Shown: piece by piece, positions 1-11,963 of the stretch
Position numbering within the stretch: the stretch's first letter is position 1
Layout of the letters: each line of letters starts with the position of its first letter
Virus record (IMG/VR): IMGVR_UViG_2690316131_000023
Strand: one strand, 5' to 3'
DNA from: a virus
Lineage: Duplodnaviria; Heunggongvirae; Uroviricota; Caudoviricetes
DNA: 34,605 nucleotides
Notes under the pieces: generated by a model
Seen by the model: the letters and a program-made list of their open reading frames with translations, nothing else
Database searches by the model: none
What the model was told of the DNA's origin: nothing
Made by a program: the position numbers and the translations under genes

Positions 1-177
<177 letters not shown>

Positions 178-244
178 CCAATTAATGAAATTCATGGCGT
201 AAACCCGCCGGGCATTCCTTTATCTAAATTCAGGAGAATTGATT

Positions 245-478
245 ATGCGTAATATTGAAACCCTCTCGACTAAAACCGGACCGGATGACGCAGGACTTAA
301 TATTTTACTGACAGAGGCTCGTCTGGAAGAACGTCGGGCAAGGGCTGAGGCAATGGCTGCCCGCCTTGATAGCCTTGCGTGTCATATCACATCCCGCCAG
401 CTAAACCACGTCGAAGCAGCAGAACTGCTGCGTGTGACTGCTGAAGCAATCCAGAACGAAGCGCAGGAGGTCCACTAA
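245..478 (+). CDS. small hypothetical early protein (P2 orf80-region-like)
   Basis: ORF 239-478; first ATG at 245 preceded by AGGAG (232-236); stop overlaps the next start (TAATG). Confidence 0.45.
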   Translation: MRNIETLSTKTGPDDAGLNILLTEARLEERRARAEAMAARLDSLACHITSRQLNHVEAAELLRVTAEAIQNEAQEVH

Positions 479-705
479 TGGCTGATGCAATGGATCTCGT
501 ACAGCAGCGCGTTGAAGAAGAACGCCAGCGCCATATCCGTGCTGCCCGTACCAAAACGCCGGGCGTGTCCCGCGTACTTTGCATTGAATGTGAAGCGCCA
601 ATTCCGCCAGCACGACGCCGCGCCATTCCGGGTGTGCAGCTTTGCATTACCTGTCAGGAAATCGCAGAGCTGAAAGGCAAGCACTACAACGGAGGTGCTG
701 TATGA
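478..705 (+). CDS. TraR/DksA-family C4 zinc-finger protein
   Basis: 75 aa with CxxC...CxxC (CIECEAPI...CITCQ) typical of the DksA/TraR zinc finger; GGAGG RBS at 464-468. Confidence 0.7.
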   Translation: MADAMDLVQQRVEEERQRHIRAARTKTPGVSRVLCIECEAPIPPARRRAIPGVQLCITCQEIAELKGKHYNGGAV

Positions 706-1004
706 CAAGGGCAGTGCGTATCCATCAATTAAAAATTGCACCTAAGTATTTCAACGCTGTGGTTGCAGGTCAAAAGACGGCTGAACTTCGTAAAGACGAT
801 CGTGGCTATAAAGTTGGTGATGTTCTTTCTCTTTGCGAATGGAAGCATGCTGTATTTACGGGTAGGGAATGGGCCGCTGTTATCTCTCATGTGCTTCCGG
901 CTAATGACGTCATGGCAGTTTCAGAAAAATGGGTGATGCTATCAATTCGCCCATTAACCCCATTAGAAGCTTTAGGATATGTTATTGCAGGAGGTGCTGT
1001 ATGA
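702..1004 (+). CDS. hypothetical protein, possibly DUF3850/ASCH-like
   Basis: ORF 642-1004; internal ATG at 702 preceded by GGAGGTGCTGT, the same RBS context as the next gene; sits in an operon with dam. Domain call is recollection only. Confidence 0.4.
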   Translation: MTRAVRIHQLKIAPKYFNAVVAGQKTAELRKDDRGYKVGDVLSLCEWKHAVFTGREWAAVISHVLPANDVMAVSEKWVMLSIRPLTPLEALGYVIAGGAV

Positions 1005-1858
1005 GCACCATCCTGAAATGGGCGGGAAATAAAACCGCCATTATGTTCGAACTGAAAAAACACCTTCCTGCTGGCCCGCGACTGGTTGAACCTTTCGCGG
1101 GTTCCTGTGCTGTGATGATGGAGACGGATTACCCCAGCTATCTGGTTGCGGATATTAATCCTGATTTAATCAACCTCTATAAAAAGGTTGCCGCTGATTG
1201 TGAATCGTTTATATCTCGCGCCAGAGCTTTATTTGAGGAAGCAAACAGGGAGGTGGCTTATTACAACATAAGGCAGGAGTTTAATTACTCCACTGAAATT
1301 ACTGATTTCATGAAAGCGGTATATTTCCTGTATCTCAATCGTCATGGTTACCGTGGATTATGTCGCTATAACAAGAGCGGGCATTTCAACATTCCGTACG
1401 GTAATTATAAAAATCCGTATTTCCCTGAAAAAGAAATTCGCGCATTTGCAGAGAAAGCCCAGCGTGCAACGTTTATCTGCGCAAGCTTTGATGAAACGCT
1501 GGCGATGCTGCAGGTGGGGGATGTGGTGTATTGCGATCCGCCGTATGACGGTACGTTTTCCGGCTATCACACTGATGGTTTCACTGAAGATGACCAGTAT
1601 CACCTGGCATCCGTTCTTGAACATCGGTCATCAGAAGGACATCCGGTCATTGTTTCTAACAGTGATACATCCCTGATCCGTTCGCTGTATCGCAATTTTA
1701 CTCACCACTACATCAAGGCAAAACGCAGCATCGGTGTAGCAGCTGGTGAGAGTAAATCTTCAACAGAAATCATCGCTGTTTCCGGGCCGCGCTGCTGGGT
1801 GGGATTTGATCCTTCGCGTGGCGTGGATAGTTCTGCCGTGTACGGAGTGCGTGCATGA
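1001..1858 (+). CDS. dam: DNA adenine methyltransferase (Dam-like, N6-adenine)
   Basis: N-terminal ILKWAGNK and FAGSCAV (SAM-binding) plus the DPPY catalytic motif (VYCDPPYDG); start at the internal ATG 1001 with GGAGG RBS. Confidence 0.85.
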   Translation: MSTILKWAGNKTAIMFELKKHLPAGPRLVEPFAGSCAVMMETDYPSYLVADINPDLINLYKKVAADCESFISRARALFEEANREVAYYNIRQEFNYSTEITDFMKAVYFLYLNRHGYRGLCRYNKSGHFNIPYGNYKNPYFPEKEIRAFAEKAQRATFICASFDETLAMLQVGDVVYCDPPYDGTFSGYHTDGFTEDDQYHLASVLEHRSSEGHPVIVSNSDTSLIRSLYRNFTHHYIKAKRSIGVAAGESKSSTEIIAVSGPRCWVGFDPSRGVDSSAVYGVRA

Positions 1859-4269
1859 GCCATGCTGATATGAACAACTGCAGCGGCTTTAACGAGGTCG
1901 CCGCAGCATTCTCATGGAACAGCCCGAAAAAGGCCATTAACCCTTATCTGGACCCGGCGGAAGTTGCGCCGGTTTCTGTGCTTTCAAACCTGATCACTCT
2001 GTACGCTACCGATAACGAGCAGGAACAACTGCGCCGCGAGGCTCTGAGTGATCAGGTATGGGAGCGTTATTTCTTTAATGAATCACGTGATCCTGTCCAG
2101 CGCGAAATGGAGCAGGATAAGCTCATTAGCCGGGCAAAGCTGGCGCATGAGCAGCAGCGTTTTAATCCGGGCATGGTCATCCTGGCGGACGTTAACGCCC
2201 AGCCTTCCCATATCAGCAAGCCGCTGATGCAACGTATTGAATACTTCAGCAGCCTGGGCAGGCCAAAGGCTTATTCCCGCTATTTGCGTGAGACGATTAA
2301 GCCATGTCTGGAACGACTGGAGCATGTACGCGACAGTCAGCTATCCACTTCTTTTCGCTTTATGGCAAGCCATGAAGGGCTGGACGGTCTGCTGATCCTG
2401 CCTGAAATGAGTCAGGATCAGGTGAAACGCCTGTCCACCCTGGTAGCTGCGCATATGAGCATGTGCCTTGATGCCGCTTGTGGCGATTTGTATGCCACCG
2501 ATGACGTTAAGCCAGAAGAAATCCGCAAGACATGGGAAAAGGTGGCGGCGGAAACCCTGCGACTGGATGTCATACCACCTGCGTTTGAGCAACTCCGCCG
2601 GAAAAGAAACCGCCGTAAACCCGTGCCCTATGAACTCATTCCGGGGTCGCTGGCGCGTATGCTGTGCGCCGACTGGTGGTATCGGAAATTGTGGAAGATG
2701 CGTTGCGAATGGCGGGAAGAGCAGTTGCGTGCTGTTTGCCTGGTCAGCAAAAAAGCATCTCCCTATGTCAGCTATGAAGCCGTGATGCATAAACGTGAGC
2801 AGCGCCGTAAGTCGCTGGAGTTTTTCCGTTCTCATGAACTGGTGAACGAAGACGGCGACACGCTGGACATGGAGGATGTGGTAAACGCCAGCAGCAGCAA
2901 CCCTGCGCATCGCCGCAATGAGATGATGGCCTGTGTTAAAGGTCTGGAGCTTATCGCGGAAATGCGCGGTGACTGCGCCGTTTTCTACACCATCACCTGT
3001 CCGTCACGTTTCCATTCCACGCTAAATAACGGCAGGCCCAACCCGACCTGGACAAATGCGACGGTAAGACAAAGCAGTGATTATCTGGTCGGCATGTTTG
3101 CTGCATTTCGTAAGGCGATGCACAAAGCCGGGTTGCGCTGGTATGGCGTGCGGGTGGCTGAGCCGCATCATGACGGCACAGTTCACTGGCACCTGTTGTG
3201 TTTCATGCGCAAAAAAGACCGCCGCGCCATTACTGCATTGTTGCGTAAGTTTGCTATCCGTGAAGACCGCGAGGAGCTGGGTAATAACACGGGGCCACGC
3301 TTTAAGTCTGAGCTGATAAACCCGCGCAAAGGAACGCCGACTAGCTACATCGCGAAATACATCAGTAAGAACATTGACGGGCGTGGTCTGGCTGGCGAGA
3401 TCAGCAAGGAAACGGGTAAATCTCTGCGTGATAACGCTGAATACGTTAATGCCTGGGCGTCTCTGCATCGTGTTCAGCAATTCCGCTTCTTTGGCATTCC
3501 GGGGCGTCAGGCTTACCGTGAACTGCGATTGCTGGCTGGTCAGGCGGCAAGGCAACAGGGTGACAAAAAAGCAGGTGCGCCGGTACTGGATAACCCGCGC
3601 CTTGATGCCATTCTGGCTGCAGCTGATGCTGGTTGTTTTGCCACCTACATCATGAAGCAGGGCGGCGTACTGGTTCCCCGTAAATATCACCTCATCAGAA
3701 CCGCTTATGAAATCAACGAAGAGCCGACCGCCTATGGCGATCACGGCATTCGTATTTATGGCATCTGGTCACCCATTGCAGAGGGCAAAATCTGCACTCA
3801 TGCCGTGAAGTGGAAAATGGTTCGTAAGGCCGTTGACGTTCAGGAGGCGGCAGCCGACCAGGGCGCTTGCGCCCCTTGGACTCGTGGCAATAACTGTCCC
3901 CTTGCTGAAAATTTGAACCAACAGGAGAAAGATAAATCAGCTGATGGGGACACCAGAACGGATATTACCCGCATGGATGACAAGGAGTTGCACGATTATC
4001 TGCATAGTATGAGCAAAAAAGAGCGCCGGGAACTGGCAGCAAGGTTACGCCTGGTTAAGCCGAAACGGCGTAAAGACTACAAACAGCGAATTACAGATCA
4101 TCAGCGACAGCAGCTCGTCTATGAACTGAAGTCCAGAGGATTTGATGGCAGCGAGAAAGAGGTCGATTTACTCCTTCGCGGTGGCAGTATTCCGTCAGGA
4201 GCAGGCCTGCGTATCTTCTATCGGAACCAGCGTTTGCAGGAAGATGATAAGTGGAGAAACCTGTATTAA
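1855..4269 (+). CDS. A: P2 gpA-like rolling-circle replication initiator (replication endonuclease)
   Basis: 804 aa; HWHLL histidine motif and YIAKYISK tyrosine motif typical of P2/186 A proteins; canonical position. Confidence 0.9.
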   Translation: MSHADMNNCSGFNEVAAAFSWNSPKKAINPYLDPAEVAPVSVLSNLITLYATDNEQEQLRREALSDQVWERYFFNESRDPVQREMEQDKLISRAKLAHEQQRFNPGMVILADVNAQPSHISKPLMQRIEYFSSLGRPKAYSRYLRETIKPCLERLEHVRDSQLSTSFRFMASHEGLDGLLILPEMSQDQVKRLSTLVAAHMSMCLDAACGDLYATDDVKPEEIRKTWEKVAAETLRLDVIPPAFEQLRRKRNRRKPVPYELIPGSLARMLCADWWYRKLWKMRCEWREEQLRAVCLVSKKASPYVSYEAVMHKREQRRKSLEFFRSHELVNEDGDTLDMEDVVNASSSNPAHRRNEMMACVKGLELIAEMRGDCAVFYTITCPSRFHSTLNNGRPNPTWTNATVRQSSDYLVGMFAAFRKAMHKAGLRWYGVRVAEPHHDGTVHWHLLCFMRKKDRRAITALLRKFAIREDREELGNNTGPRFKSELINPRKGTPTSYIAKYISKNIDGRGLAGEISKETGKSLRDNAEYVNAWASLHRVQQFRFFGIPGRQAYRELRLLAGQAARQQGDKKAGAPVLDNPRLDAILAAADAGCFATYIMKQGGVLVPRKYHLIRTAYEINEEPTAYGDHGIRIYGIWSPIAEGKICTHAVKWKMVRKAVDVQEAAADQGACAPWTRGNNCPLAENLNQQEKDKSADGDTRTDITRMDDKELHDYLHSMSKKERRELAARLRLVKPKRRKDYKQRITDHQRQQLVYELKSRGFDGSEKEVDLLLRGGSIPSGAGLRIFYRNQRLQEDDKWRNLY

Positions 4270-4338
4270 TTACGCGGGTTAACAATTCGTGCTCTTAATA
4301 ATACCAGGCATATCAGGCTGATGAACGTAAAAAAACGT

Positions 4339-4381
4339 TTTACATCAGTAAGATTATTATATACTGTAAATATAAACAGTG
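4339..4381 (+). promoter_or_regulatory. candidate SOS promoter: -35 TTTACA (4339-4344), -10-like TACTGT overlapping a LexA box TACTGTaaatataaACAGTG (4362-4381)
   Basis: CTGT-N8-ACAG at 4364-4379 matches the LexA box consensus; it is part of a perfect 14-bp inverted repeat (4362-4375 / 4383-4396), about 40 bp upstream of ORF 4422. Confidence 0.55.
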
Positions 4382-4421
4382 GTTATATTTACAGTATTGC
4401 TTTGGTGTCATAGGAGGAAAG

Positions 4422-4610
4422 ATGCAGGACTATTTTTTGGAGTCTTTGAAGCTCCAGCGCATTGATTTTTTTCTTAAGCTTGTAGCGGCTAGTGAGTGTA
4501 GTGATGAAGAGAAGGGGCTGGCTCTGCAGTGGGTTTCTGAACTGACAGATGAACTCATGGCAAAAATCAGAACCCACGAATACAACCGCTCAATGGATGT
4601 CATCAGCTGA
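4422..4610 (+). CDS. small hypothetical protein (62 aa), first gene of the LexA-controlled pair; possibly the N-terminal part of a Tum-like antirepressor
   Basis: Strong RBS AGGAGG (4412-4417) then ATG 4422; overlaps the following DinI-like ORF in another frame. Confidence 0.45.
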   Translation: MQDYFLESLKLQRIDFFLKLVAASECSDEEKGLALQWVSELTDELMAKIRTHEYNRSMDVIS

Positions 4611-4620
4611 GGTGACTTTT

Positions 4621-4854
4621 ATGCGCATTGAAATAATGATCGATAAAGAGCAGAAGATTAGCCAGTCTACACTGGACGCCCTTGAATCCGAGCTTTACCG
4701 CAATCTGCGCCCCCTGTATCCCAAAACGGTAATTCGTATTCGCAAAGGTAGCTCTAACGGTGTGGAACTGACCGGACTGCAACTGGACGAAGAAAGAAAA
4801 CAAGTGATGAAAATTATGCAGAAGGTGTGGGAAGACGACAGCTGGCTGCATTAA
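4621..4854 (+). CDS. DinI-family protein (DinI/MsgA-like, 77 aa)
   Basis: MRIEIMIDK...LESELYRNLRPLYP...MKIMQKVWEDDSWL aligns by eye with E. coli DinI (MRIEVTIAK...ILQETWESADDW); start taken at internal ATG 4621. Confidence 0.75.
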   Translation: MRIEIMIDKEQKISQSTLDALESELYRNLRPLYPKTVIRIRKGSSNGVELTGLQLDEERKQVMKIMQKVWEDDSWLH

Positions 4855-4989
4855 GAAACGTTGCTGGCGTCTGAACTTGTTTCTGGCGTCAGCAAGGTTG
4901 AACAACGAGCCCTTGCGAGGCGTTAGCTCTGTAGTGCATGTCTATGCCGCATGAGATCGCATGATCGTTTGAGGATCGTTTTTGCTAAG

Positions 4990-5014
4990 GCCCGCCAGAA
5001 CTGGCGGGCTTTTG
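4990..5014 (+). terminator. rho-independent terminator (GCCCGCCAG-AA-CTGGCGGGC then TTTTG)
   Basis: Perfect 8-9 bp GC-rich stem at 4991-5008 followed by a T-run; downstream of the dinI-like gene. Confidence 0.55.
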
Positions 5015-5057
5015 CGTAGATCATGCACCTGCATGAAAACCACTACATAAAGCGGGC

Positions 5058-5076
5058 AGGCGTGGCGGGGATACGA
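5058..5076. other. candidate cos (cohesive end) site, 186/P2-like
   Basis: GGCGTGGCGGGGA at 5058-5070 matches my recollection of the first 13 nt of the 186 cohesive end (GGCGTGGCGGGGAAAGCAT; P2 GGCGAGGCGGGGAAAGCAC), followed by GCGCGCGCT. Confidence 0.5.
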
Positions 5077-5129
5077 GCGCGCGCTATCACGTAAAATAGG
5101 CAAAATACTTCTGGAAAACAGAAAGTTGA

Positions 5130-7076
<1,947 letters not shown>

Positions 7077-7117
7077 TGAACAGCCCTAACGTTATGAATG
7101 CTAAGGCTGATTTTTCG

Positions 7118-8146
7118 TTAAAATTTATATGGTTTGAATTGTAATATATTATCTTCAAGCCATTTATTTAATTCCTGCATCCTTTTCTGTAAGGGTATTA
7201 ATTCGTTCCTCACAAACACTAAACTCGCTTTTTCCACATCCCCAAACCCCCCGACATTATTTGGCATAATCCCCATCATTTGCGGTGGCACACGGTGCGC
7301 TGCCATCATGTCATCGCGGCTGACATTTTTGATATTCAGAAACTCATCCTTCGCCGCCACTTCTGACAACGGGATAATCTGAAGCCCGTCCTTTTTACCG
7401 TTAGGCGAGTACATAAACAGGTTACGGAAGTTACCAGGACCTTTGGCGCTTTTCATCGCATTGCGGAGGTTGTTCACATCCTCCTGGTTCTGCGCTGCAT
7501 CGGTCATGTACATGATGAAGCCTGCATGACTGCCGTTAATGTAATACTTGCGGCGGAACAGCGTGGCGGACTCGTTGAGCAGAGCTGACGGAATGGCAGA
7601 AAGATAACCGGGCAGGCCGTAGATCTCCTGGTTGATGTCCGGTTCCATCAGATGAAAAATGTTGCCTTTCGTGAACTGATACGGCTGCGTAGTCATGCCG
7701 TATTGCACAAACCAGTAGGTATCAAGGTCTAACCCGCGTCGGGTGTATTTTGCCAGTGCAGGCTCAAGGGCGATAACTTCACCGAAGCGGTTCGTGCGTT
7801 TCTCCAGGTAGGCGTTACCAAAAACCAGATAGTCCTGTACAAAACGCGAAAAAGCCTGCTGGCTGAGCAGCGGGTGAGGGATGTAGGTGCTGGTCAGAAT
7901 GTTGCACTTCACTGCAATCGGTGAGCTGTGATGCACGGCGGCGCGGAAGGTTCGCGCCAGTCCGTCGAAACTCACAGGCGGCTCGTACCAACGATCCATC
8001 TGTACGCATTCCACATAGTCCAGCAGTTCGCGGCGGTCCAGAACAGGAACGGGATCACCGAAGCTGAATGCTTCGGCTGAAGTCTGGCTTTTATGCTGGA
8101 TCTGTTTCGTCGACGCAGCGCGGTTCTTCTTACTCTTTCCCATCAA
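7118..8146 (-). CDS. Q: P2 gpQ-like portal protein
   Basis: 342 aa, minus strand, directly downstream of terminase P in the canonical Q-P arrangement. Confidence 0.9.
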   Translation of the reverse strand: MMGKSKKNRAASTKQIQHKSQTSAEAFSFGDPVPVLDRRELLDYVECVQMDRWYEPPVSFDGLARTFRAAVHHSSPIAVKCNILTSTYIPHPLLSQQAFSRFVQDYLVFGNAYLEKRTNRFGEVIALEPALAKYTRRGLDLDTYWFVQYGMTTQPYQFTKGNIFHLMEPDINQEIYGLPGYLSAIPSALLNESATLFRRKYYINGSHAGFIMYMTDAAQNQEDVNNLRNAMKSAKGPGNFRNLFMYSPNGKKDGLQIIPLSEVAAKDEFLNIKNVSRDDMMAAHRVPPQMMGIMPNNVGGFGDVEKASLVFVRNELIPLQKRMQELNKWLEDNILQFKPYKF

Positions 8147-9909
8147 AAAATCTCCACAATATTGCTGGTATTGGCGGACTCGCCCTGCAGCGGTTCGTTA
8201 AACAGTGCGTGCATTGTTGCCCAGGCCAGATCGGCATGGCTGGCTTCTTCGCTGCGGCTGGCTTCATAGGTCGGGCGGTTGCCACTGGCAGTGGTAGCGC
8301 GACGGATTGCCATAAATGACTGCGCAATGTCGGTGTGCCCGGCGTCAAACTCCAGACGGCGGTGGCTGATAATGTCGTAGGCCTTGAGTACCAGGGCGTT
8401 TTTAACGTTGGGGTTATAGACAAACTCCCTGACGGCAGGAAAAAACGCTTTCACGTTCTCGTAAACCCCGTGACCGACGCCGGTCGAGTCGATACCGATA
8501 TAGGTCACGTTATACTGTTCGGTCAGTTTTTTGATGGCGTCAGCCTGGGCGCGGAAGTCCATCCCGCGCCACTGGTGACGCTCAAGAATGCGGAACTTAC
8601 CACCCGGCACGGCTGGCGGAGCCACCACCACGCATCCGGCACTGTCGCCGTTCTGCGTACCTTTTGCCGGGTCATAACCGATCCACACTTCGCGCCAGCC
8701 AAACGGGTGCAGGGCCAGTGCATGAAAGTCGGTCCAGACTTCCCAGCTGTCCACCATGCACGCCTGCAGTTCGCTGAGCGGGAACACGGACGCGAGATCG
8801 TCCACGAACTCGCACATCAGCAGGTTCTGGTATTCGTCCGGGCTGTACTCCATGCGCAGCTGGTCGAGGTCGAACAGGTTACAGCCGCCGCGCACCGCAT
8901 CTTCCACGGTGACTATCTGGCGGTATTGCCCGTCTGCGCACAGCAGGCCGGGGGCCAGATTGCTGTGGGACAGGTCGATGTCCACCTTGTCAGCTTTGTT
9001 GCGTCCACGGTTGAACAGCGCACCGGACCAGAACGGATAAGCACTGTGGGTCAGGCTGGATGGCGTGGAAAAATAGGTTTGTCGCCATTTCTTGTGAATA
9101 GCCATCCCGGAAGCCACTTTGCGCAGCTCCTGGAATTTCGGTATCCAGAAATATTCATCCAGATACAGGTTGCCGTGATAACTCTGGGCCGTGCGGGCAT
9201 TGGTGCCGAGGAAGTAAAGCGTGGCTCCGTTAGGAAGCACCATCGGATCGCCTTTTAGCTCCACCTCGACTTCTTTGGCGAAGTCGATGATGTATTGTTT
9301 AAAGACGTGGGCCTGAGCCTTACTGGCAGAAAGGAAAATCTGGTTACGTCCGGTAAGCAGGGCGTCAATCAGGGCTTCACGGGCAAAATAGAAGGTCGCG
9401 CCGATCTGGCGAGACTTCAGCAGGTTGCGGATGCGGTTGGTTTTTCCGGCTTCCCACCAGTGGCGCTGGTAGTTGAACATGGAGGAATGGAAGATTTCTT
9501 CCAGCTTCTCAATCTGCTCATCGGTGAAAACATTCTTTTCCGGCTGACGGCGCGGGCCTTTGTTGCGGTTGGCGACGTTAGGGTTTAAGTCGGCTTCGTT
9601 GCCGCCATTGTTAAATTTGCCGATCCGCGCGTGGCGCTCCGACTGGCGCGCCAGCAGGTCAATCTCTTTGAAATCTTTCCCTTCTTTGTGCTCCTTCATG
9701 ATGAGCTGGCAGTAGCGTGCGGCGGTGGTGAGCTGCATCTGATCCAGCGGCCCATAGTCACCCCACTTGTCGCGTTTTTTCCAGCTGTGAACGGTTGCAA
9801 CTTTCTCGCCCAGCATTTCAGCAATGCGGGCTACGCGGTATCCCTGAAAGTACAGCAGCATGGCCTGCCGACGGGGATCGAGATCTGCGGGTGTCAGTGT
9901 GGTGTTCAT
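8143..9909 (-). CDS. P: P2 gpP-like terminase large (ATPase) subunit
   Basis: 588 aa, minus strand, divergent from the O-N-M-L operon as in P2. Confidence 0.9.
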   Translation of the reverse strand: MNTTLTPADLDPRRQAMLLYFQGYRVARIAEMLGEKVATVHSWKKRDKWGDYGPLDQMQLTTAARYCQLIMKEHKEGKDFKEIDLLARQSERHARIGKFNNGGNEADLNPNVANRNKGPRRQPEKNVFTDEQIEKLEEIFHSSMFNYQRHWWEAGKTNRIRNLLKSRQIGATFYFAREALIDALLTGRNQIFLSASKAQAHVFKQYIIDFAKEVEVELKGDPMVLPNGATLYFLGTNARTAQSYHGNLYLDEYFWIPKFQELRKVASGMAIHKKWRQTYFSTPSSLTHSAYPFWSGALFNRGRNKADKVDIDLSHSNLAPGLLCADGQYRQIVTVEDAVRGGCNLFDLDQLRMEYSPDEYQNLLMCEFVDDLASVFPLSELQACMVDSWEVWTDFHALALHPFGWREVWIGYDPAKGTQNGDSAGCVVVAPPAVPGGKFRILERHQWRGMDFRAQADAIKKLTEQYNVTYIGIDSTGVGHGVYENVKAFFPAVREFVYNPNVKNALVLKAYDIISHRRLEFDAGHTDIAQSFMAIRRATTASGNRPTYEASRSEEASHADLAWATMHALFNEPLQGESANTSNIVEIF

Positions 9910-9955
9910 GGCACAAACCTACAGTCTTGAATGAAGGCTTTCCCCGCCTGCGGTT

Positions 9956-9973
9956 TGTGTGGTTGTCGGTACA
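9956..9973 (+). promoter_or_regulatory. candidate Ogr-dependent late promoter element (TGT-N12-ACA) upstream of O
   Basis: TGTgtggttgtcggtACA in the P/O divergent intergenic region, centre about 87 bp upstream of the O ATG. Confidence 0.4.
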
Positions 9974-10051
9974 AATACCGCGCATTGTTTCACTGCCCTC
10001 ATCACCGCAACCATAAGGCTCCAGTAAGTTTTTTCTAACGGAGCACGGCTC

Positions 10052-10885
10052 ATGACAGTGAAAGCAAAGCGTTTTCGCATCGGGGTGGAAGGTGCCACCA
10101 CCGACGGACGCGAAATCCAGCGTGAATGGCTGGAACAGATGGCAGCCAGCTACAACCCCGCAGTGTATACCGCGCTGATTAACCTTGAGCACATCAAGTC
10201 TTATCTGCCGGACAGCACCTTTAACCGCTACGGCAAGGTGACGGCGCTGTTTGCTGAAGAAATCACGGAAGGCCCGCTGGCAGGCAAGATGGCGCTGTAT
10301 GCCGACGTTGAGCCAACGGAGTCCCTGGTGGAGCTGGTGAAAAAAGGCCAGAAATTATTCACCTCTATGGAAGTCAGCCCGAAGTTCGCTGATACGGGCA
10401 AAGCCTACCTGGTTGGCCTGGCTGCCACTGATGATCCAGCCAGTCTGGGTACGGAAATGCTGACATTCAGCGCCAGTGCAGCCCATAACCCGTTGGCAAA
10501 CCGCAAGCAGAATCCCGCCAATCTTTTTACCGCTGCAGAGGAAACGGTGATCGAACTGGAAGAAGTCCAGGATGACAAACCGTCCCTGTTTGCCCGCGTC
10601 ACGGCGCTGTTCACCAAAAAAGAGCAGTCAGACGATGCCCGGTTCTCTGATGTGCATAAGGCCGTGGAGCTGGTCGCCACTGAGCAGCAGAACCTGAGCA
10701 CACGCACCGAAAAATCCCTGGCTGAACAGGAAGAACGCCTGTCTGAGCTGGAGACTGCTCTGCAGGAGCAGCAAACCGCCTTTAAAGAACTGGTGAATAA
10801 GCTGAGTCATGAAGACAGCCGCCAGGACTACCGCCAGCGTGCAACAGGCGGTAACGCCCCCGCTGACACTCTGACCAATTGCTGA
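10052..10885 (+). CDS. O: P2 gpO-like capsid scaffolding protein
   Basis: 277 aa, first gene of the O-N-M-L operon. Confidence 0.9.
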   Translation: MTVKAKRFRIGVEGATTDGREIQREWLEQMAASYNPAVYTALINLEHIKSYLPDSTFNRYGKVTALFAEEITEGPLAGKMALYADVEPTESLVELVKKGQKLFTSMEVSPKFADTGKAYLVGLAATDDPASLGTEMLTFSASAAHNPLANRKQNPANLFTAAEETVIELEEVQDDKPSLFARVTALFTKKEQSDDARFSDVHKAVELVATEQQNLSTRTEKSLAEQEERLSELETALQEQQTAFKELVNKLSHEDSRQDYRQRATGGNAPADTLTNC

Positions 10886-10901
10886 TGGAGCACAAAACCT
10901 G

Positions 10902-11960
10902 ATGAAGAAGAATACCCGCTTTGCTTTTAACGCTTACCTGCAGCAGCTGGCGCGTCTGAACGGTGTGGCAGTTGAAGAACTGTCCAGCAAGTTCACCGTG
11001 GAGCCGTCTGTACAGCAGACGCTGGAAGACCAGATCCAGCAGTCCGCCGCTTTCCTGACGCTGATTAACGTCACGCCAGTGACTGAGCAGTCCGGTCAGC
11101 TGCTGGGGTTGGGTGTTGGTAGCACCATTGCCGGAACCACTGACACCACCGCGAAAGAGCGTGAACCTGTCGATCCTACGCTGATGGTCGATGTTGAATA
11201 CAAATGCGAGCAGACCAACTTTGACACGGTACTGACCTACGCGAAGCTGGACCTGTGGGCGAAGTTTCAGGATTTCCAGGTGCGTATCCGTGACGCCATC
11301 GTGAAACGTCAGGCACTGGACCGCATCATGATCGGCTTTAACGGCGTGAAGCGTGCGAAAACCTCCAACCGTAGCGAAAACCCGCTGCTGCAGGATGTGA
11401 ATAAAGGCTGGCTGCAGAAAATCCGTGAGGATGCACCGGATCACGTCATGGGCAGCACCACCACGGGTGGTGAAACCACACCGGGTGCGGTGAAAGTCGG
11501 GAAAGGTGGCGAATATGCCAACCTGGACGCCGTAGTGATGGATGCCGTCAATGAGCTTATCGACGTGGTTTACCAGGACGATGACGATCTGGTGGTGATT
11601 TGCGGGCGTGAACTGCTGTCTGACAAGTATTTCCCGCTGGTCAACAAAGAGCAGGAAAACAGTGAAAAACTGGCTGCCGATATGATCATCAGTCAGAAAC
11701 GCATGGGGGGCCTGCAGGCCGTGCGTGCGCCGTTCTTCCCGCCGAATGCGCTGCTGATCACCCGTCTGGATAACCTGTCCATCTACTGGCAGGAAGACAC
11801 CTGCCGCCGTTCAGTTATTGACAACCCGAAACGTGACCGGATTGAAAACTTTGAATCTGTTAACGAAGCCTATGTGGTTGAGGACTACCGCTGCGCCGCA
11901 CTGGTGGAAAACATCCAGATTGGCGACTTCAGCGCCGCCGCAGCAGAAACCGGAGCGTAA
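10902..11960 (+). CDS. N: P2 gpN-like major capsid protein
   Basis: 352 aa; N-terminus TRFAFNAYL resembles P2 N (TRFKFNAYL); position. Confidence 0.9.
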   Translation: MKKNTRFAFNAYLQQLARLNGVAVEELSSKFTVEPSVQQTLEDQIQQSAAFLTLINVTPVTEQSGQLLGLGVGSTIAGTTDTTAKEREPVDPTLMVDVEYKCEQTNFDTVLTYAKLDLWAKFQDFQVRIRDAIVKRQALDRIMIGFNGVKRAKTSNRSENPLLQDVNKGWLQKIREDAPDHVMGSTTTGGETTPGAVKVGKGGEYANLDAVVMDAVNELIDVVYQDDDDLVVICGRELLSDKYFPLVNKEQENSEKLAADMIISQKRMGGLQAVRAPFFPPNALLITRLDNLSIYWQEDTCRRSVIDNPKRDRIENFESVNEAYVVEDYRCAALVENIQIGDFSAAAAETGA

Positions 11961-11963
11961 TCC

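Noticed and set aside
642-1001. Upstream extensions of the DUF3850-like and dam ORFs (starts at 642 and 929)
   Set aside because: Both extensions overlap the preceding gene and lack an RBS; the internal ATGs at 702 and 1001 each follow a GGAGG RBS.
2341-3744. Long antisense ORFs inside gene A (189 aa and 240 aa, minus strand)
   Set aside because: Fully embedded antisense in a well-supported coding gene; no RBS or recognisable motifs; typical shadow ORFs of GC-rich coding sequence.
4861-4900. Possible hairpin TTGCTGGCGTC...TGGCGTCAGCAA after the dinI-like gene
   Set aside because: The two halves are largely direct rather than inverted repeats; the convincing terminator is the GC stem at 4990-5014.
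8335-9258. 307-aa plus-strand ORF inside terminase gene P
   Set aside because: Antisense to a confidently identified terminase; low-complexity, Val/Ala/His-rich translation; shadow ORF.
10782-11444. 220-aa minus-strand ORF overlapping O and N
   Set aside because: Antisense to two canonical capsid genes; no supporting signals.
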